Under the pieces are notes generated by a model. That model did not search any database, was not told the DNA's origin, and saw only the letters and a program-made list of their open reading frames with translations. A program made the position numbers and the translations under genes. 64,000 nucleotides of DNA from an uncultured Candidatus Saccharibacteria bacterium (GTDB taxonomy: Bacteria; Patescibacteriota; Minisyncoccia; Phycocordibacterales; JAACPR01), in the NCBI GenBank assembly GCA_964402215.1, contig CAYOAT010000001.1:134703-198702 (forward strand). Direction: 5' to 3'. Positions 19,029 through 28,234 of this stretch are shown piece after piece. Position 1 is the first letter of the stretch. Each line of letters begins with the position of its first letter.

Positions 19029-19436
19029 CTATTCGATTTTCTCTTTAATGTCCAAACTCCAAGATAAGTCTTTCAATTTGCTGTCAGAGAGCTTGGGCAA
19101 AAACATTCCTGGATCAATAGCGGCTTCTGCGTTACCTTTTGCTTCTATTTTCTTTGGTATTTTTTTCCAAATATAAATTTTACTGCCTGTAAAATATTTT
19201 ACAGAATTCTCAAATGTTTGGACAAAAGGTTGCCATCCATCAAATTTAAAAAAAGCAAACATAAGGAAAAGAGCAACAACAGGAATGCCTAGAATAATAG
19301 CAATTATTTTTGGAAAGATGCTCCAAATAATAAACCCTATTCCAGCAGCACCACCGACGTACAAAAATTGTTTTGCCGTTAATGGGCCGAATATTTTGTC
19401 TTCAACCCCGATAAATTGTGGAACTTGATATTTCAT
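19029..19436 (-). CDS. VirB3/PrgI-like small two-TM membrane protein
   Basis: 135 aa. Two adjacent TM helices (FLYVGGAAGIGFIIWSIF / IIAIILGIPVVALFLMFAFF) near the N-terminus. Immediately upstream of the VirB4 ORFs, as in Gram-positive-type T4SS. Confidence 0.4.
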   Translation of the reverse strand: MKYQVPQFIGVEDKIFGPLTAKQFLYVGGAAGIGFIIWSIFPKIIAIILGIPVVALFLMFAFFKFDGWQPFVQTFENSVKYFTGSKIYIWKKIPKKIEAKGNAEAAIDPGMFLPKLSDSKLKDLSWSLDIKEKIE

Positions 19437-19443
19437 TTATAAC

Positions 19444-20061
19444 TTATTCTAACACTTCCCTGTAAGGGTCGATAACTTTTGGTTTTACAACATAATTTTC
19501 CGTCTTTGATTCGACAACAGAAGTCAGTTTTTGTTCAGCGATTTTATTTTCTATGCTGGTTACTTCTGTTTTGGCTGGCGCTGTTTCAATATTTTTAACT
19601 AGTGTTGTCGTTGGTTCATCAGATAGTATTTCCAAATGGTCAGACATTTCTGCTGCAATGGATTCCTTTGTAGGTGTGGAGGTTTTTATGTTGTCTTCTG
19701 GCAAGATAGAAACAGATTGCTTCTTCTCTTGTAGCTCTACAAGTTTTTGCTTTATGTCTCTAAAAACTTCATCTTCTACTGAATTAATTATGCTGTTTAA
19801 TTTTTCATCCTCAAGTTTAATTTCTTGTTTAAGGACATCGGCATATTTTATTGGACTAATAATGCCAAGCATTACAAGAAAAGTATTTTTTTCAAGAGTA
19901 TTAGCATCTCCTATTACAAGATTATTTTTTTTAGATATCGCGCGTATTTTTTGTTCCCAATGAGAATTAACAATCGCTTCTTTTATTACTTGTGGTAGCG
20001 AATTAAATATTTCTACTATTGGATCGTTTTCAGTGCTTTGTTGGTTGTTTGGTTCTTGCAT
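19444..20061 (-). CDS. Hydrophilic coiled-coil protein in the T4SS-like operon
   Basis: Start trimmed to M17 (MQEPNN...) to remove a 38-nt overlap with the upstream gene. No TM and no recognisable domain. Confidence 0.4.
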   Translation of the reverse strand: MQEPNNQQSTENDPIVEIFNSLPQVIKEAIVNSHWEQKIRAISKKNNLVIGDANTLEKNTFLVMLGIISPIKYADVLKQEIKLEDEKLNSIINSVEDEVFRDIKQKLVELQEKKQSVSILPEDNIKTSTPTKESIAAEMSDHLEILSDEPTTTLVKNIETAPAKTEVTSIENKIAEQKLTSVVESKTENYVVKPKVIDPYREVLE

Positions 20062-20071
20062 AATAATTTGC

Positions 20072-22210
20072 TTATGATTTTGGAGTAGCTGGAGGAGTTG
20101 GACCGGCACCCTTGCTCATTTCGGCTGTCAGGGTTTTTATCAATTGCGCCATAGCTTTTTCATCATTGCTCTTGTACATACTCTTTACTCGATCTTCAAT
20201 TGCTTTATTTTGTCCCTGCGTTAGTGGAATTATTTCATTAGCAAATTTTCTAATACCCAGATTTGGATCGCTACCCAATATTTTTTTGGCTTCCCTTTTC
20301 TCAATTGAATTCTTTAGAGATTCCAAACTTGCGGAAGTTGCGGTAAGCTCAGACTCATCTTCATTATTGTTTTCAATTTGTGCCGTAATTGCTTCGACGT
20401 CTCTCAAGGCTAAGTCGGCTTGATTTCTATAGTTGTTTGCTCCAATTATGTCACCAGCAGCTTCAAGTTTTACAGCCTCGGCAGAGAAATTCTTTGCCTC
20501 ATCCTTAACTACGTTAAGCTGGGTTTGTAAATCTTTTTGTCTTTGTCTAATACCCTCAAGTTGTGTCTTGGTTCGTGCAAGTTCACTTTCGGCTTCCTTA
20601 TATTCATTATCATCTCTAGCACTTGCAAGTGCGCGTCTCTGAATATCTGCATCTTGACCTCTTCCCGTCAAACCAAGTCTTTCATTTCTGTCAGCGATTT
20701 CTTTTGCAGCATCCTTAGTTTCCTTTTCAAATGTTGAACTCGAACCTTTGCCGGCATCAAGACCTGAAAGTTTTAATAATTCAGCAGCACCCCTAGTGTT
20801 TCTGATATCAAAAGTACTTTTTGCAGCTTTATTTCCAACATCGGATATACCTCGGCCAACAAAGTTCGCAGCAAAATTATTTCCGACACGACGTTTGAAT
20901 CTCGCCCCAAAACTATCGCCCTCTGCAGTTTTCCAATTTTGTAGAGTTGAGCTTGTTTTAGCTAATCTGTTTCCAACTCCACCAATAAGTTTTCTACCAG
21001 CAAATGCGCCCATACCCATTGCCATTCCCATACCTGCTTCTGCACCATGTGCACCTGATTGCTTTCCAACTATAACTGCTCCTATTAAAAATGAAGTAAC
21101 AATTATAAAGTTCAAGATTATACTAAAGGCACCACCATTACCCCCATGTTCGTTAGCTTCAGCAATGTTCCCCCACGCCGATACTCCGTTTGCGACATTT
21201 GTTGCTGAATCAATAAAACCTGGACCCGCAAGCTGATATGAAATATATAAAAAGAGAAACATGGCTGGAAGTGAAATTAAATGGCTTAATAGGCTTGTTG
21301 ACCATTTTTCAGTGTACTTACTTAATACGGGCAATATCCACCCACCGAACATTATAGGTGAAGCAATTAATAGAAAAATTAAACTTATAAATCTCGTAAA
21401 TACAACTATTGCAACTGCAAAAAAAACAATTGCAGCTATTACCAAAAATATAGCGACGAGGATATAAATACCAGCCTTTTTATAGTTGTCGGTTTCTCTT
21501 GCTAGGGCTGGATCACTATCCATATCATAGAACAGTGTAAAACCAAGTCTTTGCATAAAACAATTTGATAAACCACCGTCAGTAAAATAACGCTCATCTT
21601 GAGGTGTTAGGGCTTCAGGATTATCACCGACAGTGACTGTTGGTGCGTTGCAGCCATTCATATTGTCATAGAAACTAAGCGCTAGGACATTTGAAACGTC
21701 GATAGCCACCGATGTAAAAAAGAAGCTAAAATTGATTAGTAGGGCACTCATTATAATTTGGCCCAATCTTTTTTTGCTATTCTCTGACCAACCACCAATT
21801 ATAGTCGTAATTGATAGGTACAAAAGGCCGAAAATAAAGAATAAATTTAATACATCACGGAAAATACTCCAAGCATTTGCAATGGCGTTGGTATCTTTAA
21901 TAATTCTGGCCATTTGTGTTACTCCAATATAAATAACAAAGTTTAGAAAAGTTCCTGAAAGCCATATGATCCATGCACATAGTCTAAAAAATAGTTTAGC
22001 AATCCCTAATATCAAATATCCAAATGCAGTTCTGAGTGCCTCGCCAATGCCCAAAATGGAGCTATCCTCGGTTTCTGCTGCTTTGTTTTCTGCCGGCGCG
22101 GCTTGCGCAATATGAGTTGAAATTATAAAAATAAACGCAATGGCAATTATCAACAAAATAAAAGCCAGTAACGTATTTTTTTTATATGAATTTAATTTCA
22201 ATTTAAACAT
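20072..22210 (-). CDS. VirB6/TrbL-like polytopic inner-membrane protein with Gly-rich segment and about 300-aa C-terminal coiled-coil extension
   Basis: Signal peptide, at least 6 TM segments, GMGMAMGMGAFAG Gly-zipper, long charged coiled-coil tail. Architecture of VirB6/TrbL (or Gram-positive TcpH/PrgH-like) channel proteins. Confidence 0.5.
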   Translation of the reverse strand: MFKLKLNSYKKNTLLAFILLIIAIAFIFIISTHIAQAAPAENKAAETEDSSILGIGEALRTAFGYLILGIAKLFFRLCAWIIWLSGTFLNFVIYIGVTQMARIIKDTNAIANAWSIFRDVLNLFFIFGLLYLSITTIIGGWSENSKKRLGQIIMSALLINFSFFFTSVAIDVSNVLALSFYDNMNGCNAPTVTVGDNPEALTPQDERYFTDGGLSNCFMQRLGFTLFYDMDSDPALARETDNYKKAGIYILVAIFLVIAAIVFFAVAIVVFTRFISLIFLLIASPIMFGGWILPVLSKYTEKWSTSLLSHLISLPAMFLFLYISYQLAGPGFIDSATNVANGVSAWGNIAEANEHGGNGGAFSIILNFIIVTSFLIGAVIVGKQSGAHGAEAGMGMAMGMGAFAGRKLIGGVGNRLAKTSSTLQNWKTAEGDSFGARFKRRVGNNFAANFVGRGISDVGNKAAKSTFDIRNTRGAAELLKLSGLDAGKGSSSTFEKETKDAAKEIADRNERLGLTGRGQDADIQRRALASARDDNEYKEAESELARTKTQLEGIRQRQKDLQTQLNVVKDEAKNFSAEAVKLEAAGDIIGANNYRNQADLALRDVEAITAQIENNNEDESELTATSASLESLKNSIEKREAKKILGSDPNLGIRKFANEIIPLTQGQNKAIEDRVKSMYKSNDEKAMAQLIKTLTAEMSKGAGPTPPATPKS

Positions 22211-22212
22211 GT

Positions 22213-23232
22213 TTATATCGCTATGTCACCCAGACCCGCGGCACCGAAAGATTCTTTAACAACCTCATCTATAATGGCAAATATTAATTCATTAAACTCG
22301 TCTGCAAGCGCCAGTCTGTCATAAGGAATTCCTGTAATATTTGATATCTTTTGTTGAATCATTTGGCCCGGGGTTATTACATTTCCGTCTTTGTCTCTTA
22401 TGTTCATAAAACCACTACCCCAGGTTAAATTCATCGCCCAGGTGTTTTTTTCGGCCTCAATACGGGCTTGAGCTCTCTGAGACAATTTATCAGCGTCGTC
22501 ATAAGGGTCATTTGCCTGTGTTAATGTAAACCAACTACGCCATCCACCTTTAGCAAAATCGCCACTGGTAAATTGTTGTACTACACCTCCGCCAACAGCA
22601 CCATCTTCACCCAAAATCGTTGATAGTCTGCAGTCTTTTGGTTTCTCCTTTGATTGCCAATTAATTAGTAGTGAAGCAGTTATTCTAATTTTAAAATTTG
22701 AACACAAATCAACATCATCGATTAATTCATCCAGTGCTGTTCCAAAGTCCCTATCAGAGATATTTCTGAAAAATGCCCCAGGATTTTCCAAAAACATTGG
22801 CTTACCATTTGCCCCGTTTTTTACCCATTGGGTCATGCTTACTAGTATGTCTCTTAACATGGATTCAACCAGACATGTTGCGATAGAATCCCACGGAGGT
22901 AGGCTGGTTAATCCATTGCCAGTTTCCTTTGCTCGAATCGATGCATCCTTTACTGGAACTTCAAGAGAAAGAATCCCGCCTGTAAATGATGAAATCCATT
23001 CACTTAGCTTGTCACTAAGCCATCTCATTGCTTCCATCAAAAAAAGGTCAGCGTATGCCTTTACAATACATTTAGCAACTGTCGCCCCTATTGCCAATCC
23101 TGCATCGAGTAGAAGATTATCATTTCTATTATCATTACGGTCTGTCGCATAGTAATCGCGCACATCAGAGGTCGAGTCTAAAGCATGTGCCAAATGAGGG
23201 TTGTATAAAAAAAAGTTGCCAAATATTAACAA
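22213..23232 (-). CDS. Soluble 339-aa protein in the T4SS-like operon, unknown function
   Basis: No TM or signal peptide. Abuts the VirB6-like gene with its stop adjacent to that gene's start. Confidence 0.45.
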   Translation of the reverse strand: MLIFGNFFLYNPHLAHALDSTSDVRDYYATDRNDNRNDNLLLDAGLAIGATVAKCIVKAYADLFLMEAMRWLSDKLSEWISSFTGGILSLEVPVKDASIRAKETGNGLTSLPPWDSIATCLVESMLRDILVSMTQWVKNGANGKPMFLENPGAFFRNISDRDFGTALDELIDDVDLCSNFKIRITASLLINWQSKEKPKDCRLSTILGEDGAVGGGVVQQFTSGDFAKGGWRSWFTLTQANDPYDDADKLSQRAQARIEAEKNTWAMNLTWGSGFMNIRDKDGNVITPGQMIQQKISNITGIPYDRLALADEFNELIFAIIDEVVKESFGAAGLGDIAI

Positions 23233-23294
23233 AAAAAATTATTAAAAAATAAATTGATTTAAATATTTTTTTGCACAGTATTTCGTACATGTAA

Positions 23295-24239
23295 TTAGTA
23301 TCCATCTGACATAATAAATGTTTCTCCATTAAATATTATACCATTGTTTTTTAGGTATTGGAGAATATTGGACCAGTCATCCTGTATAATTTCAGCACTT
23401 TTGTAGTACAAAGATAAACCAAGAAGTTGTAAAAGAGGATCGCTTTCAGCATCTAACCATATAAGTGATATCGCAGTATTATAATAATTGTTAGCTAACC
23501 GAGTTTGTATTTCGGCCATTTTGGCTGGAGTTTTCGTTTCGATGAGGGCTATAGATATTTTTTCAATAGCCTCAAACTGTGCGTTTATGTCGCTAACACC
23601 AGACTGTTCGTAAGACGATCTTGCATCACTTTCTATTTTGATTATTCTATTTGCATATTGAAGTATGCCGTTTCTATCAAGCAAATCATCAAAAGTAAAC
23701 AATGTTGATTGTTCGTAACGATTTTTTATTTTTTTGCTGTTTATGGCCTCAGATGAAACTTTTAATATAAAATCTTTTTTTTGCTGCACAGATAAATCAG
23801 AGCCGGTTTCATTTTTTAAAGAAAAATACTCTTGCATAAAAGCATCAGAAAATTCTTTTGTCAGTCCTGTTGATTGAAGCGGACTATTTTCGATTTTATT
23901 AAGTATTCTTTGTTCTATACTAATATTTTCATCGTCTGGTCCGGCCTTGGCTGGGTTTCGATTTAATTTTACTTCCTCCCCATCATTTGTTTTATCGCCA
24001 TCAGTATCGGCAAGGTTGGGGTCGCTTCCCCATAATGATTCTTCCCAATCTAATAAACCATCAGCATCAGTGTCTTCTTGTAATTTTGTGTCTAAATCAA
24101 TCGAAAGAGAAGTAACGGGTTTGGCGCCAGTTTTTTCAGAAAAACCAGACTCCATGTTTCTTGATATTAAAACAATCAACACAACAATTATGGTTGTAAC
24201 CAGAAACACAACCGAGATTTTTTTACTTGGTATCCTCAT
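23295..24239 (-). CDS. Membrane-anchored protein with Asp-rich calcium-binding-like repeats; first gene of the T4SS-like operon
   Basis: N-terminal TM (VVFLVTTIIVVLIVLIS). Repeats DTDADGLLDWEE / DTDGDKTNDGEE resemble DxDxDG Ca-binding (thrombospondin type-3-like) loops. Confidence 0.5.
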   Translation of the reverse strand: MRIPSKKISVVFLVTTIIVVLIVLISRNMESGFSEKTGAKPVTSLSIDLDTKLQEDTDADGLLDWEESLWGSDPNLADTDGDKTNDGEEVKLNRNPAKAGPDDENISIEQRILNKIENSPLQSTGLTKEFSDAFMQEYFSLKNETGSDLSVQQKKDFILKVSSEAINSKKIKNRYEQSTLFTFDDLLDRNGILQYANRIIKIESDARSSYEQSGVSDINAQFEAIEKISIALIETKTPAKMAEIQTRLANNYYNTAISLIWLDAESDPLLQLLGLSLYYKSAEIIQDDWSNILQYLKNNGIIFNGETFIMSDGY

Positions 24240-24368
24240 TTATAAATTATTATATCAGATTAAAATTCAATAAAAACATTACAATTAATTATACTGTGCA
24301 AAACCCCGCATTGAGGGAATAAGTATTAAATTATTTTAAATATAAAACGCTTTCATTATTCATTTTTT

Positions 24369-27353
24369 TTGATTATAATGCAGAATAAGATGTTTTTATC
24401 TGTTAGACAAAATAAATTTTGGTTTTTTTCTTTAAGATCTATTTTTACCACCATAATTTTTGTTTTAATTTTTTCTAATGTTGATATCAAGTTTGCAAAC
24501 GCTGTTGGTTGGGTTGGTATACCATCGGATTTTTATTCAGCAGGTGCGGTAATGCCTTACGGAGGACAAAGTATTTTAGGCATGTTTTGCCCATGCTCTA
24601 AGGGAAACATTTTTCTTATGCACGATTACAGAACAAGGATGATGTTTCCTGTTTTCCAGGATTTTGCTGAAACAATTTACCATACTAAGCAAAATCTCCC
24701 TGCACTACTTTCACCTGGAAATTACCAGTTAGGAAATTTGGAAGGAGAAACTGAATGTATCGTCGGTGTACCGCCATATTGTCTTGATTTTCTATCAATA
24801 CCAGCATTTAAAATAAAAAACTTTGGTAATGGTGGAATTGTGGCTGCTGGAGGCAATCCAATAAACCCACTAGCCTGGGTTGCACTTGGAACAGCCGCGG
24901 CGATATATGGTTGGTCACTTATTTATGCTGATGGAGATGATGGAACAGCTGAAGGTAGCCCCGGCTGTAATGCCAAATTAACCAAAGTTTGGTTCTGTGG
25001 TAAAGAGCATGGACCAATGGTGGCACATTTTGAAACGCCAGGAAGAACATCTTGGCCACAGAAACAAGATGGAGGTGGTCCAATTGAATATTTATATACA
25101 TGGAGCGGAGCGATTTCTGGTGAAGGGCAGACGCGAACCGTAAATTTCCCGACTCAGGGTTTGAAAAATGTTAAAGTAAAAGTTAAAGATTCATCAAAGG
25201 CCGAACTTTCTAGAGATTGTCCACCAGTTATTGTGGCAAAGCAATCGCCAACAGTTAATCCAAGCTCAAGTGATTTAAATGTTTCATGTACAGTAAGTAA
25301 AACCGTTGTAAATACCGGCGATCGGGTCACCTTTTCTCTAGAAGTCTTTGGTGGCAGCGGGGGCTCTGAATATAGATGGTATGGCGACGTTACGAGCGCG
25401 ACAACAACCTACGCAACTTCCTCGTCCTCTTGGTACAATGAAAATTATATAGATAAATCATTTACGTCAGCAGGAACAAAAATTGTCAGTGTTATGGTCT
25501 CTGATAGTAACGGTAATACCGCACTTAGATATTGCGCGCCAGTTGTAGTGAAAAACGAGGCAGAAACTTTGATGTGCGGTAGAAACTATTTAAATTTAAC
25601 TTGTACAGTTGATAAAAGATCTGTTAATCCGGGAGAGACAATTACCTACTCTGCCAATGGGGCTGGAGGAACGCCGGAACCGGCAATTATGCTTAACGGC
25701 TTAATATATTTAAATGGAAAAAAAGTTGACTGGTTAAAAGTCTGCCAGAACAGCAAAAATTTAGTTAATATGTTTACGTATTACGGAGATTGGAATAGTT
25801 CGAACCTTCCTCATGCCGGAGATATGGTAGAAGTGTCAATTCGATCAATTGATGGTCGTTATGAATTAAAGGGTGAAGCCGAGTGGCCAGAGAGCGGCTG
25901 CGGACCAGAGGGCGGTCAAACATATGATTCATGTGCTGGTTCAGGAGCACCGACAGACGGAGGTTTATCCTGTCCTGGAGCAACACCAACAATACCACCA
26001 GTAAATCCTGTTGAGTGTCCAGATTACTCTGGATCAGCTCCTGCTACTGCCGGATTGGAACCAATTACTTCTTCAACCAATTTAGTTTCATTTGCTGAAA
26101 AAAATGGAGTTGTGTCAATGGAAGCCGAACACTACAAATCACAGACCGGGTACTCTCTTTACAGTAATTCTGAAGCATCGGGTGGAAAAATTATGCAGGT
26201 TGGCGCCGGTGGAAGTCTAAATTTTGAATTCAATATAACAAACCCAGGAACTTGGTATCTATGGATCAGAACCCATGTTACAGATTCGAATAACAACGGC
26301 ATGTATATTAAATTAAATGGTTCCGATCTACGTCATTCAAGCGGAATAAATGATATATATTTAAGCAAAAATGGTTGGTCTTGGATGCCAGAGTGGTTAT
26401 TTGGTGAATCAGATCACAATGGTCCTATTAGTTTTAGATTAAACTCTGGTAAAAATACTATCTCTATTACAAAGAGAAAAATTGAACAACCAATAATAGA
26501 TAAAATTGTTTTAACCAGAACAAATAATCCACCAACTGGTTTTGGACCTGCCGAAACAACTGCGTCGTCAGCGGGGACAACTCCAATAACCGATCCAATT
26601 TCTAATCCTGGCGCAACAGATTTTGCTGCAGTCACGGGACACAGAGCTAGTTTCTTGTTTGATGATGCGGATACACGTGTCATGAACATTTTGTCGCCAA
26701 GGTTATCTAATTCAAGATTTGAACAAATTTTGTCGAGGACGAAAGGAAATGGTGATAATGCAATTTATTTGTTCTTAATCAATCAGGGAGACGGACCTTA
26801 TACGCCACACACATTTTATAAAGATGACCGAATTGGTGGTCAAATTGATAGTGCCAAACTCTCAATATATAAGCAGAGATTAGATGCAATCAAGTCTTTG
26901 GGTTATAAAGTAATATTTTGGATACGCGCTGATGATTCTAGAACAATGATGCAAGAATCAATACAAAATTATAAAAAATACCATCAAGATATTGTTGATA
27001 ATTTTAGTTCATATGCCGACGGATATGTAATTGGTTTAGAGTCAAACGAATATATGGATGCCTCGACCGAAAAAACACTGATCGCTGATATGAAATCGAG
27101 AACAAATAAGACGGTTGGTGTACATTATGGGTCAAGCGATAGTTATAATTCTAGGGCGAAAAATAGTGGAGCTGATATATACTATAGGCAATACGGGTGG
27201 GTATCTTGTAGCAAAGTTGTATCGGTAACAGCTACTACAATTTCGGCAGTTTCTCCAATGAAAGTTGTGGCTGCTGAGTATGATAAAGATTCTGATAGTG
27301 GTTGTGGAGCAGGTGCCCTTCAAGCAGGAGCAATCGGTTACGGAAATGGATAG
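24369..27353 (+). CDS. Large (994 aa) secreted or membrane-anchored surface protein: Cys-rich N-domain, Ig/PKD-like repeats, CBM-like beta-sandwich, C-terminal clan GH-A-like TIM-barrel region
   Basis: N-terminal hydrophobic anchor. Repeated ...V(S/T)CTV(S/D)K..VN(T/P)G(D/E).(V/I)T(F/Y)S... Ig-like modules. Trp/Tyr-rich 'AEHYKSQTGY...WYLWIRTH' CBM-like block. GLESNEY resembling the Asn-Glu acid/base motif of clan GH-A. GC about 45-50%, above neighbours. Start ambiguous (24369/24378/24390). Confidence 0.7.
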   Translation: MIIMQNKMFLSVRQNKFWFFSLRSIFTTIIFVLIFSNVDIKFANAVGWVGIPSDFYSAGAVMPYGGQSILGMFCPCSKGNIFLMHDYRTRMMFPVFQDFAETIYHTKQNLPALLSPGNYQLGNLEGETECIVGVPPYCLDFLSIPAFKIKNFGNGGIVAAGGNPINPLAWVALGTAAAIYGWSLIYADGDDGTAEGSPGCNAKLTKVWFCGKEHGPMVAHFETPGRTSWPQKQDGGGPIEYLYTWSGAISGEGQTRTVNFPTQGLKNVKVKVKDSSKAELSRDCPPVIVAKQSPTVNPSSSDLNVSCTVSKTVVNTGDRVTFSLEVFGGSGGSEYRWYGDVTSATTTYATSSSSWYNENYIDKSFTSAGTKIVSVMVSDSNGNTALRYCAPVVVKNEAETLMCGRNYLNLTCTVDKRSVNPGETITYSANGAGGTPEPAIMLNGLIYLNGKKVDWLKVCQNSKNLVNMFTYYGDWNSSNLPHAGDMVEVSIRSIDGRYELKGEAEWPESGCGPEGGQTYDSCAGSGAPTDGGLSCPGATPTIPPVNPVECPDYSGSAPATAGLEPITSSTNLVSFAEKNGVVSMEAEHYKSQTGYSLYSNSEASGGKIMQVGAGGSLNFEFNITNPGTWYLWIRTHVTDSNNNGMYIKLNGSDLRHSSGINDIYLSKNGWSWMPEWLFGESDHNGPISFRLNSGKNTISITKRKIEQPIIDKIVLTRTNNPPTGFGPAETTASSAGTTPITDPISNPGATDFAAVTGHRASFLFDDADTRVMNILSPRLSNSRFEQILSRTKGNGDNAIYLFLINQGDGPYTPHTFYKDDRIGGQIDSAKLSIYKQRLDAIKSLGYKVIFWIRADDSRTMMQESIQNYKKYHQDIVDNFSSYADGYVIGLESNEYMDASTEKTLIADMKSRTNKTVGVHYGSSDSYNSRAKNSGADIYYRQYGWVSCSKVVSVTATTISAVSPMKVVAAEYDKDSDSGCGAGALQAGAIGYGNG

Positions 27354-27376
27354 AAAATTATTTAAAATTAGTATTT

Positions 27377-27401
27377 TAAAACCGGCAGAAGCCGGTTTTT
27401 T
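27377..27401. terminator. Bidirectional intrinsic terminator between the large surface-protein gene and ksgA
   Basis: aaaaccggc-agaa-gccggtttttt hairpin with flanking A and T runs. Confidence 0.55.
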
Positions 27402-27424
27402 ACTTTGTACAATATGGTTTATTT

Positions 27425-28225
27425 TTAATTGATATTCTTTACCAATTCTCGCCAGTCAACAAGCGATAACTCCTCTGCCCTAACGTTTATATTAAAATTA
27501 TTGTTTGAAATTATATTTTTCTCATCAAAATTAAATTTTTCTTTCAGATTTGAGAAAAGTTTTTTTCTTTTATGTGCGAAACCGGTTTTTAAGATTTTAA
27601 AAAATATATCCTCGTCCACATTATTTTCTACAAAGAATTTTTTTGAAATAGAATCGAACAAAACAATTGCTGAATCCACGCTTGGTGCCGGAACAAATGA
27701 CCCCGCTTTAACAGTTTCAATAAATTTCGGATTACAATAAACTTTTGTGGCAATTGATAAAATACTTTCCTTTCCATCACGAGCAATTATTCTATCTGAT
27801 ACCTCTTTCTGAATTAATAAAACCATTTTTTCTGGTTGATTATTCCCTGTCAAAAATTTTCTAATAATTTCTCCAGTAATATAGTAAGGAATATTTGCAA
27901 TTAATTTATATTTATTTTCTTTTAGACTCTCTATTGAACTCGGATCAAATTTCAGAATGTTGTCTTTTATTAAAATCATTTTTTTTGATTTTATTTCGCT
28001 GGCAAATTTGTCCTCAAGAAATTTAATCATTTCTGTGTCGGTTTCTACGGCAATAACCATTGCGCCGGCTGCCAACAAATATTCGGTCAAAGCACCTTTT
28101 CCAGGCCCAATTTCAAGTATAAAATCATTACTAGAAACATTGCCCGCATCAACTATTTTTTGCAGTGCCGATTTTGATTGTAAGAAATGCTGCCCAAGTG
28201 ATTTTTTCGCGTACATTTTGTTCAT
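27425..28225 (-). CDS. rsmA: 16S rRNA (adenine1518/1519-N6)-dimethyltransferase RsmA/KsgA
   Basis: SLGQHFL, SAM-binding EIGPGKGALT, 266 aa. Confidence 0.85.
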   Translation of the reverse strand: MNKMYAKKSLGQHFLQSKSALQKIVDAGNVSSNDFILEIGPGKGALTEYLLAAGAMVIAVETDTEMIKFLEDKFASEIKSKKMILIKDNILKFDPSSIESLKENKYKLIANIPYYITGEIIRKFLTGNNQPEKMVLLIQKEVSDRIIARDGKESILSIATKVYCNPKFIETVKAGSFVPAPSVDSAIVLFDSISKKFFVENNVDEDIFFKILKTGFAHKRKKLFSNLKEKFNFDEKNIISNNNFNINVRAEELSLVDWRELVKNIN

Positions 28226-28234
28226 TTGATTGTT

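Noticed and set aside
19444-20109. First-ATG start of ORF 19444..20109
   Set aside because: The first ATG would overlap the upstream gene's 3' end by 38 nt. Start moved to the in-frame M17 (20061).
20112-21932. Six + strand ORFs (20112..20423, 20433..20642, 20537..20737, 20748..21236, 21261..21467, 21732..21932)
   Set aside because: All are antisense to the 712-aa VirB6-like gene. Their translations are Ser/Ala/Pro-rich low-complexity sequence typical of a reverse-frame artefact.
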